In this document: positions 1 through 9,330 of the stretch, in pieces
How positions within the stretch are numbered: position 1 is the first letter of the stretch
Layout: every line of letters starts with the position of its first letter
Source: an uncultured Pseudomonadota bacterium
Lineage (GTDB): Bacteria; Pseudomonadota; Gammaproteobacteria; Steroidobacterales; Steroidobacteraceae
NCBI GenBank assembly: GCA_963780455.1
Contig: CAWACM010000014.1
Location: 42,737-106,736, forward strand
Length of the DNA: 64,000 nt
Direction: 5' to 3'
Translations under genes and position numbers: made by a program
Notes under the pieces: model-generated
The model's input: the letters and a program-made list of their open reading frames with translations, nothing else
Told to the model about the DNA's origin: nothing
Databases searched by the model: none

Positions 1-1092
1 GGGCCGCCGTCGATCGTGCCTGGACTCAACGCCGCAAGCGGTGGCATTCTGGGCTCGGATCTCATTTTCGCGCAGTTCAATCACACGCAGATCACCCAGC
101 CCGCGGCCTACGGCGATGTGTCGTGGCGCGCGACACGCAAGCTCGAGCTCACCGTCGGGCTGCGAGGGTACCGTATCAACACAACGAACAACAGCTATCA
201 GGCCGGGCTGGCCGTCGGCACTCCGATCACCGGCCCGGAAGCGACCACCTCTTCCCATGGGGTGCTCCCGAAGTACGATGTCGAATACCGGTTCACACCG
301 GACCATACGGCCTACGCGCTCGCGTCGAAGGGATTGCGGCCTGGGGGATTTCAAATCGAGATTCCGCCGGCGCCTTTGCTCGGGTGCGCAGCGGAGCTGG
401 CGCAGTACGGCCTTACGCCGGGCGATACGCGTACCTTCAGGCCGGATTCCATATGGAACTACGAGATCGGCAGCAAGAACAGCTGGGATGGACACAGGCT
501 CATGCTCAACGCGGACGTGTATTACATGAAATGGACCGACATTCAGCAGGCGGTCGCTTTGGCATGCGGCTACGCCTTTACCGGCAACGCCGGCGCGGCC
601 AAGAGCGAGGGGACGGAGATCGAGGCCGATCTGCGTCCGATCGAGGGTCTCGACGTATCATTGGGCGTAGGGTATGAGCACGCCGTGATCACGGAGCAAG
701 GCTCGGGAATTGGCGCACTGTCGCCGCAGCTGCCGGGCTCTCCCATCTACATGGTCCCTGCTTGGACGGCCGATATCGATGCGAACTACGTCCACGCTCT
801 TACGGACCGGTACAGGATGGTCTATCAGATCGGTTACTCATACGTGGGCGACCGCAGGAGCGGGAACGTTGACGAGTCCGAGCCGCGTCTCGTGCCCGCC
901 TTTGGGCTGCTCGAGGCCAACGTCGGACTGGAGTGGAGCCGCTACGAAGTGATGCTCACGGGGAAGAACCTGACCAACGCGCTCGCAAGCTACGGTGATG
1001 ACGTTGCCATCTCCGCGGAACTGCCCGGCAGGCCGCGGATCGCGATCGCTCCGCCCCGCACCATCGGCGTCGAGGCTCGCGCCGAATTTTGA
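1..1092 (+). CDS. TonB-dependent receptor, C-terminal portion (5' end outside window)
   Basis: The frame is open to the window edge. The sequence is beta-barrel-like and ends ...GVEARAEF with a terminal Phe, as in TBDR C-termini. Stop at 1090-1092. Confidence 0.75.
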   Translation, partial: GPPSIVPGLNAASGGILGSDLIFAQFNHTQITQPAAYGDVSWRATRKLELTVGLRGYRINTTNNSYQAGLAVGTPITGPEATTSSHGVLPKYDVEYRFTPDHTAYALASKGLRPGGFQIEIPPAPLLGCAAELAQYGLTPGDTRTFRPDSIWNYEIGSKNSWDGHRLMLNADVYYMKWTDIQQAVALACGYAFTGNAGAAKSEGTEIEADLRPIEGLDVSLGVGYEHAVITEQGSGIGALSPQLPGSPIYMVPAWTADIDANYVHALTDRYRMVYQIGYSYVGDRRSGNVDESEPRLVPAFGLLEANVGLEWSRYEVMLTGKNLTNALASYGDDVAISAELPGRPRIAIAPPRTIGVEARAEF

Positions 1093-1123
1093 AATGAGAT
1101 CTGGCCGCGGGAGGATGACGGGT

Positions 1124-3253
1124 ATGAGTACTCCGAAGAGCGTGGCCACACTGCTATGGCTCGCAGTCATCGCCTGTGGGCAGGAAGCGCTCGCGGGAGG
1201 GCAGATCGGTCAGTGGACGATGCCCGGAGGTGACTGGAGAGGCGGCTACTATTCCCCGCTCGCCACCATCGACGGGAAGAATGTGGCGCGATTGGGTCTC
1301 GCCTGGCAGTACTCGCTGGGTACCGACCGGGGTCTCGAGGCCACTCCCGTCGTCGTCGATGGCACCATGTATACCAGCGGGAACTGGGGACAGGTGTACG
1401 CGCTCAACGCCGCCACCGGCAAGTTGCTTTGGACCCTCGACCCGATGCCAGACGACCGGGCTTGGGGGCGCTACGCCTGTTGCGACGTTGTCAATCGCGG
1501 GGTTGTCGTATCACACGACCTGGTTTACGTGGGCTCGGAGGACGGCTATCTCCTTGCCATCGATGCCAAGACCGGGAAATTGAGGTGGCGGACTGACACT
1601 TTGCCGGCGCGTGGTCGCGCCGCGGTTCCCTACACGATTACTGGCGCCCCGCTGCTTGCTGGAGATCGCGTCATCATCGGGAACGGCGGCTCGGATTTTC
1701 GGGGGGCTCGCGGCTTCATCTCGGCTTTCGATGCACGGACGGGACGCCTGCTATGGCGTTTCTATGTCGTGCCGCGCGATCCGCGGCTGGGCGCCCAAGA
1801 GCAGGCGCATCTCTCGGGAGCGGTCGGTACATGGCCGAAGGACTATCACTGGGGTGATGGGGCCGGCGCCACAGTCTGGGACGCGCTCGCCTACGATCCG
1901 ACGCTTCATCTCGTGTACTTCGGCACTGCCAATCCCGCACCTTATCGCGTCGAGCTCAAGAAGCACGGCGGGTACCAAGAGCTCTACTCGGACTGCATCA
2001 TTGCCGTGCACGTCGGCAGCGGTAAGCTCGCCTGGTATTACCAGACCACCCCCGGGGATGGTTGGGATTACGATGCGACCGCGAAGCTCATTCTCGCGAA
2101 CCTCACGATTGGTGGGGAGCGTCGGAAGGCCCTGCTTCAGGCCAACAAGAATGGCTTTTATTACGTGCTCGACCGCCGGACGGGCGCCTTCATCGCCGCG
2201 CGACCCTTTGTTCCGGTGAACTGGACCAAGGGACTGGATCCGCGAACGCATCAGCCGATACCGCAGCCCAGGGCCAACTGGCAGCGCGCGCCAACCGTCA
2301 TGATTCCCGGGCCGGCCGGCGCGCACAGCTGGCAACCCATGTCGTATGACCCTCAGACCGGACTGGTCTACATTCCAGCCATCGATGCCGCTTGGGTATA
2401 CGTCGATACCACGAACCGCCCCGCCGGGCTGATCGAGGGTAACTTCGACCTGGCATTCTTTCCGACCGAGGACTATGACCCCACCGCAGTGGCGAGCGAG
2501 CTCGGAAAGCTGCCTGCGCTCAGTGCGCTAGAAAAGGGTTTGTCAATAAGGCCGGTGGCGCCGGGCGCGCTCATTGCGCTCAATGCGGGAACGGGGAAAG
2601 TGGCTTGGGAGAGGCCTGGCGTGAGCATGGCCGATGGAGGCGTGCTGTCCACGAAGGGCAATCTCGTGATCCGCGGCGACATCGACGGAAAGCTCAACGT
2701 GTACGCCGCCGATACCGGGAAGCTCTTGAAGCGCATCGATGTGGGTACGTCCATCATGGCCGCGCCGATGACCTATCTCATCGGTGGCGTCCAGTACATA
2801 TCAGTCATGGCTGGTTTCGGGGGCGGCTGGATGGATATGCCGATCTCGCCGCAGAGCGCCATCTACCGATATGGCAACGCAGGGCGAATCGTGACATTCA
2901 AGCTGGATGGTGGGCCAGTGCAAAAGCCCGCATTGCTCCCGGATCTGCCTTTTCCGACGCCGCCACGCCGCGAGGGAACGCATACTGAGATTGCGCACGG
3001 CGATATCCTGTACAACCGCTATTGCTCCCGCTGTCACGTATTCGGCCGCGGCGAGTTGCCGGATTTGCGCACGGTGGCATCGCTGACTCCGCAGGGTTTC
3101 GACGCCATCGTGCTCGCGGGGGCTCTGGAATCGAAAGGAATGGCGCGATGGGATGATGTCCTTTCGGCGGCCGACGCCACTGCAATCCATGACTACCTCA
3201 TCGACCAGGCGTGGCAGGCATACGCCGCACAGAGTACGGCCACGCGTAAGTAG
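1124..3253 (+). CDS. PQQ-dependent quinohaemoprotein (alcohol) dehydrogenase
   Basis: Lies within ORF 995-3253. Preferred start is ATG 1124, with GGGAGGA at 1108-1114 and a signal-peptide-like MSTPKSVATLLWLAVIACGQEALA. The sequence is PQQ beta-propeller-like with a vicinal Cys pair (RYACCDVVNRG) and a C-terminal CSRCH haem-c motif. Confidence 0.85.
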   Translation: MSTPKSVATLLWLAVIACGQEALAGGQIGQWTMPGGDWRGGYYSPLATIDGKNVARLGLAWQYSLGTDRGLEATPVVVDGTMYTSGNWGQVYALNAATGKLLWTLDPMPDDRAWGRYACCDVVNRGVVVSHDLVYVGSEDGYLLAIDAKTGKLRWRTDTLPARGRAAVPYTITGAPLLAGDRVIIGNGGSDFRGARGFISAFDARTGRLLWRFYVVPRDPRLGAQEQAHLSGAVGTWPKDYHWGDGAGATVWDALAYDPTLHLVYFGTANPAPYRVELKKHGGYQELYSDCIIAVHVGSGKLAWYYQTTPGDGWDYDATAKLILANLTIGGERRKALLQANKNGFYYVLDRRTGAFIAARPFVPVNWTKGLDPRTHQPIPQPRANWQRAPTVMIPGPAGAHSWQPMSYDPQTGLVYIPAIDAAWVYVDTTNRPAGLIEGNFDLAFFPTEDYDPTAVASELGKLPALSALEKGLSIRPVAPGALIALNAGTGKVAWERPGVSMADGGVLSTKGNLVIRGDIDGKLNVYAADTGKLLKRIDVGTSIMAAPMTYLIGGVQYISVMAGFGGGWMDMPISPQSAIYRYGNAGRIVTFKLDGGPVQKPALLPDLPFPTPPRREGTHTEIAHGDILYNRYCSRCHVFGRGELPDLRTVASLTPQGFDAIVLAGALESKGMARWDDVLSAADATAIHDYLIDQAWQAYAAQSTATRK

Positions 3254-3282
3254 CCCGCCGGTCGACTCATCACTCGCCCGCC

Positions 3283-3424
3283 AATGCCCGATGCGCGCCG
3301 AGTTGAACGTCTGCTCGTTCTGCCGAAAGTCGGAGCTGCCGATGAACCGCTGATCGTCGAGGTTGATGCGCTGGCGGCCGACGGTCACTGTCGTGTCAGG
3401 CAGCGAGGTGTTCACCAGCCGCAA
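3283..3424 (-). pseudogene. Short remnant of an outer-membrane beta-barrel gene (alginate-export/porin-like)
   Basis: The minus-strand translation TVTVGRQRINLDDQRFIGSSDFRQNEQTFNSARI resembles a conserved OM-barrel strand motif. Only about 45 codons are present. The rest of listed ORF 2801-3424 is antisense to the dehydrogenase gene. Confidence 0.3.
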
Positions 3425-3624
3425 CCATCGAGCGCGTGTGGGGCGTCTATGAATCGGCCGGCCGAGAGGTGCTGCGCCAGCACGTCAGCCGCAACAGGTT
3501 GCGGCTCCGCAGTTACCGGGATCGGCCATGTCGGGGGGCACGTTGGCGGGGGGGAGACCACCGGTTCGAAATACCGCTGGCCTGGAGGACGGCGCGATTA
3601 TGCGGCGCCGAAGTGCCGAAGATC

Positions 3625-5022
3625 TCATCCTTCCTTCCATTGCTTGAATTCGGACGGCCGCAGCCGAAATCGCGCGATGTTCCCCTCGTGCAGCCCCGCG
3701 AGTTCCTCGAGGGCAATATTCGTAAAGCGATTGAGGTCTTCAGGCAAGACCATGGATTTCGCCAGCCGCGCGAGCGCTGCCTTGGTGGGCGGAATCTTTT
3801 CGCGCACCGCGTGGCGCACGACATCAGCGATCTGACTGCGGTACTTGAGGCGGAGGGCATCGGGCTCCGGAAGCGAGTCGCGCACGGTCTTGTATCTGCG
3901 TGTCGAGCGCTCATAGGCCCACAAGTAGACATCTCTTAGTAGCTCGACCCGGTTGAGTTCGTGGACTCCGATAAGGCCATCGATGTAGAGCTCGTCAGGA
4001 ACATCGACGAACGACAACGGCACCAGATTGTTTTTTATCAGTGAAATGTTCGCTGCGAGCCGCGACGTTCGCTTATTGACGTCGACGAAAGGTTGCAGAT
4101 ACGGAAGGTGAACCATGAGGAAAAATGACTGCTCGAAGGGGTCGGGGATCGTCGCAGCAGTGTATAGCAACAGCGTGAACAATTCCTCGATGAGCTGGGG
4201 AATCGCTGTTGGCAGGTATGTCGTACCGCCGATGGCCACCGACGTAGTGCGCAGTCGCCCTGCGTTGCGGGAATCCTCGAGGAGGTTGTCGGCGAGGAGC
4301 GCGTGTAGGTTGGTAATAGTGTAGCGATTGACTCCGATCTCTTCGGCAGACTCCACCAGCAGTTCGATGGCCGCCTTGTGATTGAGGATCATCTGGGTTT
4401 CCTTCGCGTCCTTGCCCGGAGCGGCTTTGCCATGTTCGATGAGCTCACGGGTGTCGAGCAGCGAATAGGTATTGCCCTCGAGGCGGCTCGACGCCCAGGA
4501 GAGATCGATGAGCAGGCGATTCAGGATGTCTCGTGCATACGTGCCCGCCGGACGGTGCCCGTCAGACGTACCGCCTAATGCCCGCAGATGTGTCTTCAGG
4601 TTTTCGGGGAGGTATACGGTCTCGTTCGGCACATAGCGCTCGAGGAAGTCACGCTGATAGCCAATGGGCGCGCGGTCGGCGATCGGCCTGTGAACCAGAG
4701 CCTCGATCTGTCGGCCGGCCGCAGAAATGGGAACGGATGATGTGACGGCTTCTGGCTCCGAAGCGCTGACGGGTCGTCCCACGTGGGCTTCAGCTGCCGG
4801 CACGATATTGTTGCCGCCTGGAAAGTATCGGCGGCCCCGACGGATGCCCTCGGTTTTGATCGCACCGGAGCGTACCCACACATCCAGCCGGCGCTGCAGC
4901 GACCGGCGACTCACGATGTCTTTGAGAGCTTCTTGCAGCTCTGCCAGGCTCAAGCCTTGAGGGTCAGCGGCCAGCACGGTCGTGACGCGCTCGAGGAGGT
5001 CATCGGGAAGCAATTTTGGCAT
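3625..5022 (-). CDS. Fic/DOC-family protein with N-terminal winged-helix-like region and a degenerate Fic motif
   Basis: Lies within ORF 3625-5100. The likely start is ATG 5022 (MPKLLPDDLL), because the codons upstream of it cover a repeat array. The Fic core helix region reads ...HLPYLQPFVDVNKRTSRLAANI, against the canonical HPFx[DE]GN[GK]R. Local GC is visibly lower than the surroundings. Confidence 0.8.
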   Translation of the reverse strand: MPKLLPDDLLERVTTVLAADPQGLSLAELQEALKDIVSRRSLQRRLDVWVRSGAIKTEGIRRGRRYFPGGNNIVPAAEAHVGRPVSASEPEAVTSSVPISAAGRQIEALVHRPIADRAPIGYQRDFLERYVPNETVYLPENLKTHLRALGGTSDGHRPAGTYARDILNRLLIDLSWASSRLEGNTYSLLDTRELIEHGKAAPGKDAKETQMILNHKAAIELLVESAEEIGVNRYTITNLHALLADNLLEDSRNAGRLRTTSVAIGGTTYLPTAIPQLIEELFTLLLYTAATIPDPFEQSFFLMVHLPYLQPFVDVNKRTSRLAANISLIKNNLVPLSFVDVPDELYIDGLIGVHELNRVELLRDVYLWAYERSTRRYKTVRDSLPEPDALRLKYRSQIADVVRHAVREKIPPTKAALARLAKSMVLPEDLNRFTNIALEELAGLHEGNIARFRLRPSEFKQWKEG

Positions 5023-5029
5023 GGTGGTT

Positions 5030-5118
5030 TGGCGCAAATCCAATCTATACGCCAATAAACTACGCTTGTATGGCGCATAAATCAATATCGCGCCAAACAC
5101 GACGGTAGTATTGGCGCA
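5030..5118. promoter_or_regulatory. Array of five TTGGCGC(A) half-sites in alternating orientation, about 20-21 bp apart; putative operator in front of the Fic gene
   Basis: TGGCGCA occurs at 5030, 5071 and 5112. The inverted form (C/G)GCCAA occurs at 5050 and 5090. All five lie in the 100 bp at and upstream of the Fic start. Confidence 0.35.
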
Positions 5119-5314
5119 TAGATCACCGCATGCCGATCCGGTGACCTGCCTTCCGCCTCAGCCGGAGAGTTCGACGACCAGCGAAAGCTTGTGGGCGAAC
5201 GCGAACCACCTCGAGCGCCGATAGGCGCAAGTACTCGCGATGACAGGGCGGATCGCACCGCAGCCGGCCGGCCCGGTCACCGAGTCAAGCCGCCGCCGAC
5301 GACGGCATAGGGCT

Positions 5315-5340
5315 CTTGAATTTCCCGCGGCCACCCCTAG
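5315..5340 (+). promoter_or_regulatory. Sigma-32 (RpoH)-type heat-shock promoter
   Basis: CTTGAA (5315-5320), a 13-nt spacer, then CCCCTAGCT (5334-). This matches the consensus CTTGAA-N13-17-CCCCATNT. It lies about 50 nt upstream of the first Hsp20 gene. Confidence 0.5.
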
Positions 5341-5387
5341 CTTTCCGCCGGCCCAAGCGGCTCATTGAACCGATAGGAGGTGCTCAT

Positions 5388-5831
5388 ATGTTCGGTATTC
5401 CTTCGAATATGCCGAGCTCGGTCTTTGACGAGCTTTGGCGATTGCAGCAGGAGGTCGACGAGCTCTTCGGTAGCTGGAGCTCTCCCTTAGGTATCCGCTC
5501 TCTGCCCCGGGGCAGTTTTCCCGAGGTCAATGTCGGCCAAACGCCTGAGCGGCTGGACGTCTATCTTTTCGCCCCTGGCATCGATCCCAAGAGCCTCGAC
5601 ATTTCGATACAACAGAATCTGCTCACGGTATCGGGCAGGCGGGACCTCAGGGTCGAGGAGGAGGCGGACTACTATCGCCAGGAGCGCTTCTCGGGTGAGT
5701 TCCGGCGGGTCGTCAGCCTTCCCGAGGACGTCGACCCCGAGCGGGTGCAAGCGAAGTACGTCGACGGCATCGTGCAGATCGAGGTGCAGAGGCGCGAGTC
5801 CGCGCGGCCGCGCCAGATCGAGATTCGTTGA
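5388..5831 (+). CDS. Hsp20/alpha-crystallin small heat-shock protein
   Basis: ATG 5388 is preceded by AGGAGG (5375-5380). The alpha-crystallin domain sequence includes ...FSGEFRRVVSLPEDVDPERVQAKYVDGIVQIEV. Confidence 0.88.
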   Translation: MFGIPSNMPSSVFDELWRLQQEVDELFGSWSSPLGIRSLPRGSFPEVNVGQTPERLDVYLFAPGIDPKSLDISIQQNLLTVSGRRDLRVEEEADYYRQERFSGEFRRVVSLPEDVDPERVQAKYVDGIVQIEVQRRESARPRQIEIR

Positions 5832-5847
5832 ACCGGAGGTCGCTCAC

Positions 5848-6246
5848 ATGGCTACGAACACCGAAGTCACCCGCGGACCGAGCGCCGCGGTCCAGCATCC
5901 GTCCGGCTCCGCCGAGGCACCGATCCGTCCCCCGGTGGACATCTGGGAGGACACGCAGGGCATTACCCTACGCGCCGATATGCCAGGCGTGTCCAAAGAC
6001 CGCCTCAACCTGCGGATCGACGGCAACAATCTGATCGTCGAGGGCCAGGTTCAATTCGAGCTCCCGGAGAATGCGGAAGCGCTCTATGCCGACGTTCGCT
6101 CGAGCCTCTACCGCCGCAGCTTCTCGCTGGGCGGTGAGCTCGAGACCGGGAAGATCGAGGCGAGCCTCAAGGACGGCGTCTTGACCGTGCGCATTCCGAA
6201 GCGCTCGGAACTTCGCCCGCGGAAGATCGAGGTGCAGTCCTCCTGA
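5848..6246 (+). CDS. Hsp20/alpha-crystallin small heat-shock protein (second copy)
   Basis: ATG 5848 is preceded by GGAGG. The sequence reads PPVDIWEDTQGITLRADMPGV...ASLKDGVLTVRIPK. The listed ORF 5530-6246 is an over-extension. Confidence 0.88.
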   Translation: MATNTEVTRGPSAAVQHPSGSAEAPIRPPVDIWEDTQGITLRADMPGVSKDRLNLRIDGNNLIVEGQVQFELPENAEALYADVRSSLYRRSFSLGGELETGKIEASLKDGVLTVRIPKRSELRPRKIEVQSS

Positions 6247-6256
6247 TGGACGGACT

Positions 6257-6298
6257 CACGGAGCGCCACGGGTTCTGAGCGGCTCGTGGTGCTCCGTG
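6257..6298. terminator. GC-rich hairpin between convergent genes (putative bidirectional terminator)
   Basis: CACGGAGCGCCACG ... CGTGGTGCTCCGTG form about 13 bp of stem. There is no clear U-tract. Confidence 0.4.
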
Positions 6299-6325
6299 AC
6301 CTGCCCGCTGGCGCGCTCGGACCTG

Positions 6326-6895
6326 TTACCGTATCAGGTGCGCTTCGCGCGTCTCGGCGTAGCGGGTGTTGGCGGCAGTCCGAGTGCGCAGTCGGCCCTC
6401 GTAATCGCGCTTTCCGAGCGGCACACCCCGCGCGCGCAGGATGTCGTATGCGGTGACGGCGTGGAAATAGAAGTTGGGCAGCGAAAACGAAAGGATGAGG
6501 GTCTCCGACGTGAAGGCTAGCCTCCGCGGGCCGATCTGAAGGTCCAGGTCCTTGCCCGCCCAGCTGTTGACCTCATCGGGGGTGAACGACTCCAGCGCCG
6601 TTTCCGCCTTGCCGATCACGGTCTGCAGGTCGGCGAAAGGAACCGGTCCGACCAGTGCGGGCGGCGCGAACACGCCGGTCTTCACGGCCTCCAGCCCCCA
6701 CACCGAATGGTGCCACGCTGCTTCGATCTGGAAGTGGAAGGGCGCCATATCGTCGAAGAGCCGGGCGTGCACGAAGTCGTCCGGGTCTGCGTCGGTCTCA
6801 GTGCAGTGCCTGGCCGCACGGTCGAGGAAACCCCCGACGGCCTTCACGGTCTGCAGGAAGGTCGGCACGCTGAGGTCGTAGAGTGATGTCGCCAT
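6326..6895 (-). CDS. DUF1993-family protein
   Basis: The N-terminus MATSLYDLSVPTFLQTVKAVGGFLDRAARHC matches my recollection of the DUF1993 family. Intact 189-aa ORF. Confidence 0.7.
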   Translation of the reverse strand: MATSLYDLSVPTFLQTVKAVGGFLDRAARHCTETDADPDDFVHARLFDDMAPFHFQIEAAWHHSVWGLEAVKTGVFAPPALVGPVPFADLQTVIGKAETALESFTPDEVNSWAGKDLDLQIGPRRLAFTSETLILSFSLPNFYFHAVTAYDILRARGVPLGKRDYEGRLRTRTAANTRYAETREAHLIR

Positions 6896-6937
6896 CGGCT
6901 TCCCCTTAGCGCTGTACGAACAGCTGATACCGGTCGA

Positions 6938-7453
6938 TCAAAGTGCGCCTCCCCACAACCGGCTCTGGAACCGCCCCTCCAGCATCTTGAGCTGGCTGGT
7001 GAAGACCCTGATCGACGTCTCCGTGAACTCCTCGTTATGCATCGGCTCGATCGTGGTCACCATGCGCACGGCGTCGCCGGCCGGGAAGAATTCCACCGCG
7101 ATCGTGCTCTCGTATGGTTTCACTCCGGGCACAAAATCGATGACATGCGTGAGAGTAAGGCGCTGGTACGGCCTGAACTGTGTGAATCGTGCGCGCACTG
7201 AAGATGAGGGTGCCAAGCCCAACTGGTTCCTCGTGGCGGCGTCTGCAGGCTCCACGGCAATCATGTCGTAGTGAAGCATGCCGCCCTCGCGAGCCTCGAT
7301 GGTGTGGACCTCGACGCGGGAGCCCTCGCCTCCCCACCAGGACTCGAAGCCTTCCTTCGTGGTCCACAGCCACCACAGTTCCTCGACACGTGTCCGATAG
7401 GTGCGCTCGATCACCGCGCTGGCCCGGCTGGTGCTTCCCTTCTGCGTACTCAA
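6938..7453 (-). CDS. SRPBCC / AHSA1 (activator of Hsp90 ATPase-like) domain protein
   Basis: The sequence ERTYRTRVEELWWLWTTKEGFESWWG is typical of the AHSA1/SRPBCC family. It has a 4-bp ATGA overlap with the upstream arsR-family gene. Confidence 0.75.
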   Translation of the reverse strand: MSTQKGSTSRASAVIERTYRTRVEELWWLWTTKEGFESWWGGEGSRVEVHTIEAREGGMLHYDMIAVEPADAATRNQLGLAPSSSVRARFTQFRPYQRLTLTHVIDFVPGVKPYESTIAVEFFPAGDAVRMVTTIEPMHNEEFTETSIRVFTSQLKMLEGRFQSRLWGGAL

Positions 7454-7791
7454 GTGCGGGACCTCCTGCGCCGAGCTCGGGATGACTTGCGTTGCTCGAG
7501 CGCCTCTGCGAAGCGATCGAGCCGGCGCTCCCAGAGGCTGCGATAGCCGGTGAGCCAGTCTTCGAGCTCGCGGAAGGGCTCAGGCCTCAGCGAGTACAGT
7601 CGCTGCTGCCCTAGCGGGCGCATCGAGACGAAGCCCGCATCATTCAGTATCCGCAGATGTCGGGATACTCCGGACTGATGGATTCCGGAGTGCTTGACGA
7701 TCTCACCCACCGGCTGCGCACCGCTTTTCAGCGACTCGACAATGCGGCGCCGGGTGCGATCGGCAAGCGCTTCGAAGGTGTCAATATACAT
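7450..7791 (-). CDS. ArsR/SmtB-family transcriptional regulator
   Basis: The sequence LADRTRRRIVESLKSGAQPVGEIVKHSGIHQSGVSRHLRILNDAGFV is a wHTH of ArsR type. Confidence 0.88.
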   Translation of the reverse strand: MYIDTFEALADRTRRRIVESLKSGAQPVGEIVKHSGIHQSGVSRHLRILNDAGFVSMRPLGQQRLYSLRPEPFRELEDWLTGYRSLWERRLDRFAEALEQRKSSRARRRRSRT

Positions 7792-7829
7792 ATTGCTGTA
7801 TATATATACCTGTGCATATAATGCGTCAA
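7784..7829 (-). promoter_or_regulatory. Sigma-70-like promoter with overlapping palindromic operator for the arsR-SRPBCC operon
   Basis: On the minus strand: TTGACG (7829-7824), a 17-nt spacer, then TATATA (7806-7801). Only 9 nt separate the -10 box from ATG 7791, so the transcript would be near-leaderless. The palindrome ATATACA-N6-TGTATAT (7784-7803) spans the start codon. This is the most AT-rich spot in the window. Confidence 0.4.
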
Positions 7830-8046
7830 GCCCGCTCGCCGTGGCTGACGAAGAAACTGTTGCGCGCCGAGTCCACTCCCGAAGGCCAGAGGATCACGCC
7901 CCTGACAAAGGCAGAAGATGTGAAGCTCCAGAAGGAGTACGCCGGCACGGTGGTCTACGCCGAACCATAGAGTCGTGTTGCGGTTTGAGCTCATCTCCTC
8001 ACACCCCTGGACGCTAGCGTGAGGCTCGCTCGAGAGCCAGAGTCCA

Positions 8047-9039
<993 letters not shown>

Positions 9040-9330
9040 GCAGATGCTCTCAACGCGTTTCCGCGGTCATCACCTTCTGAACGATCTTCCAGGTACCGCC
9101 GACCCAAAGACAGGATAGAACATCAGTGAGCAGACGCGGCGGAATCTCGAATCTCAACTTCAAGATCGCGATTTCTCTTACGACCTCCAACGACAATATC
9201 TCATCGTGGCGCTGCAAGCTCAGTTGTTTGAGCGGTGTCACGCTCACGTTGCCGTCTTCGCCGACGGGCAACGACGATGCTGCCGCCGAGACTCAGTCCG
9301 ATAAAAGACGCGTGCCGCCGGTGGACTCGA

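Noticed and set aside
5023-5100. Longer Fic ORF starting at 5100
   Set aside because: The extra 26 codons (MFGAILIYAPYKRSLLAYRLDLRQTT) would be encoded by the TTGGCGC repeat array and are AT-rich relative to the gene. ATG 5022 is preferred, but this is not proven.
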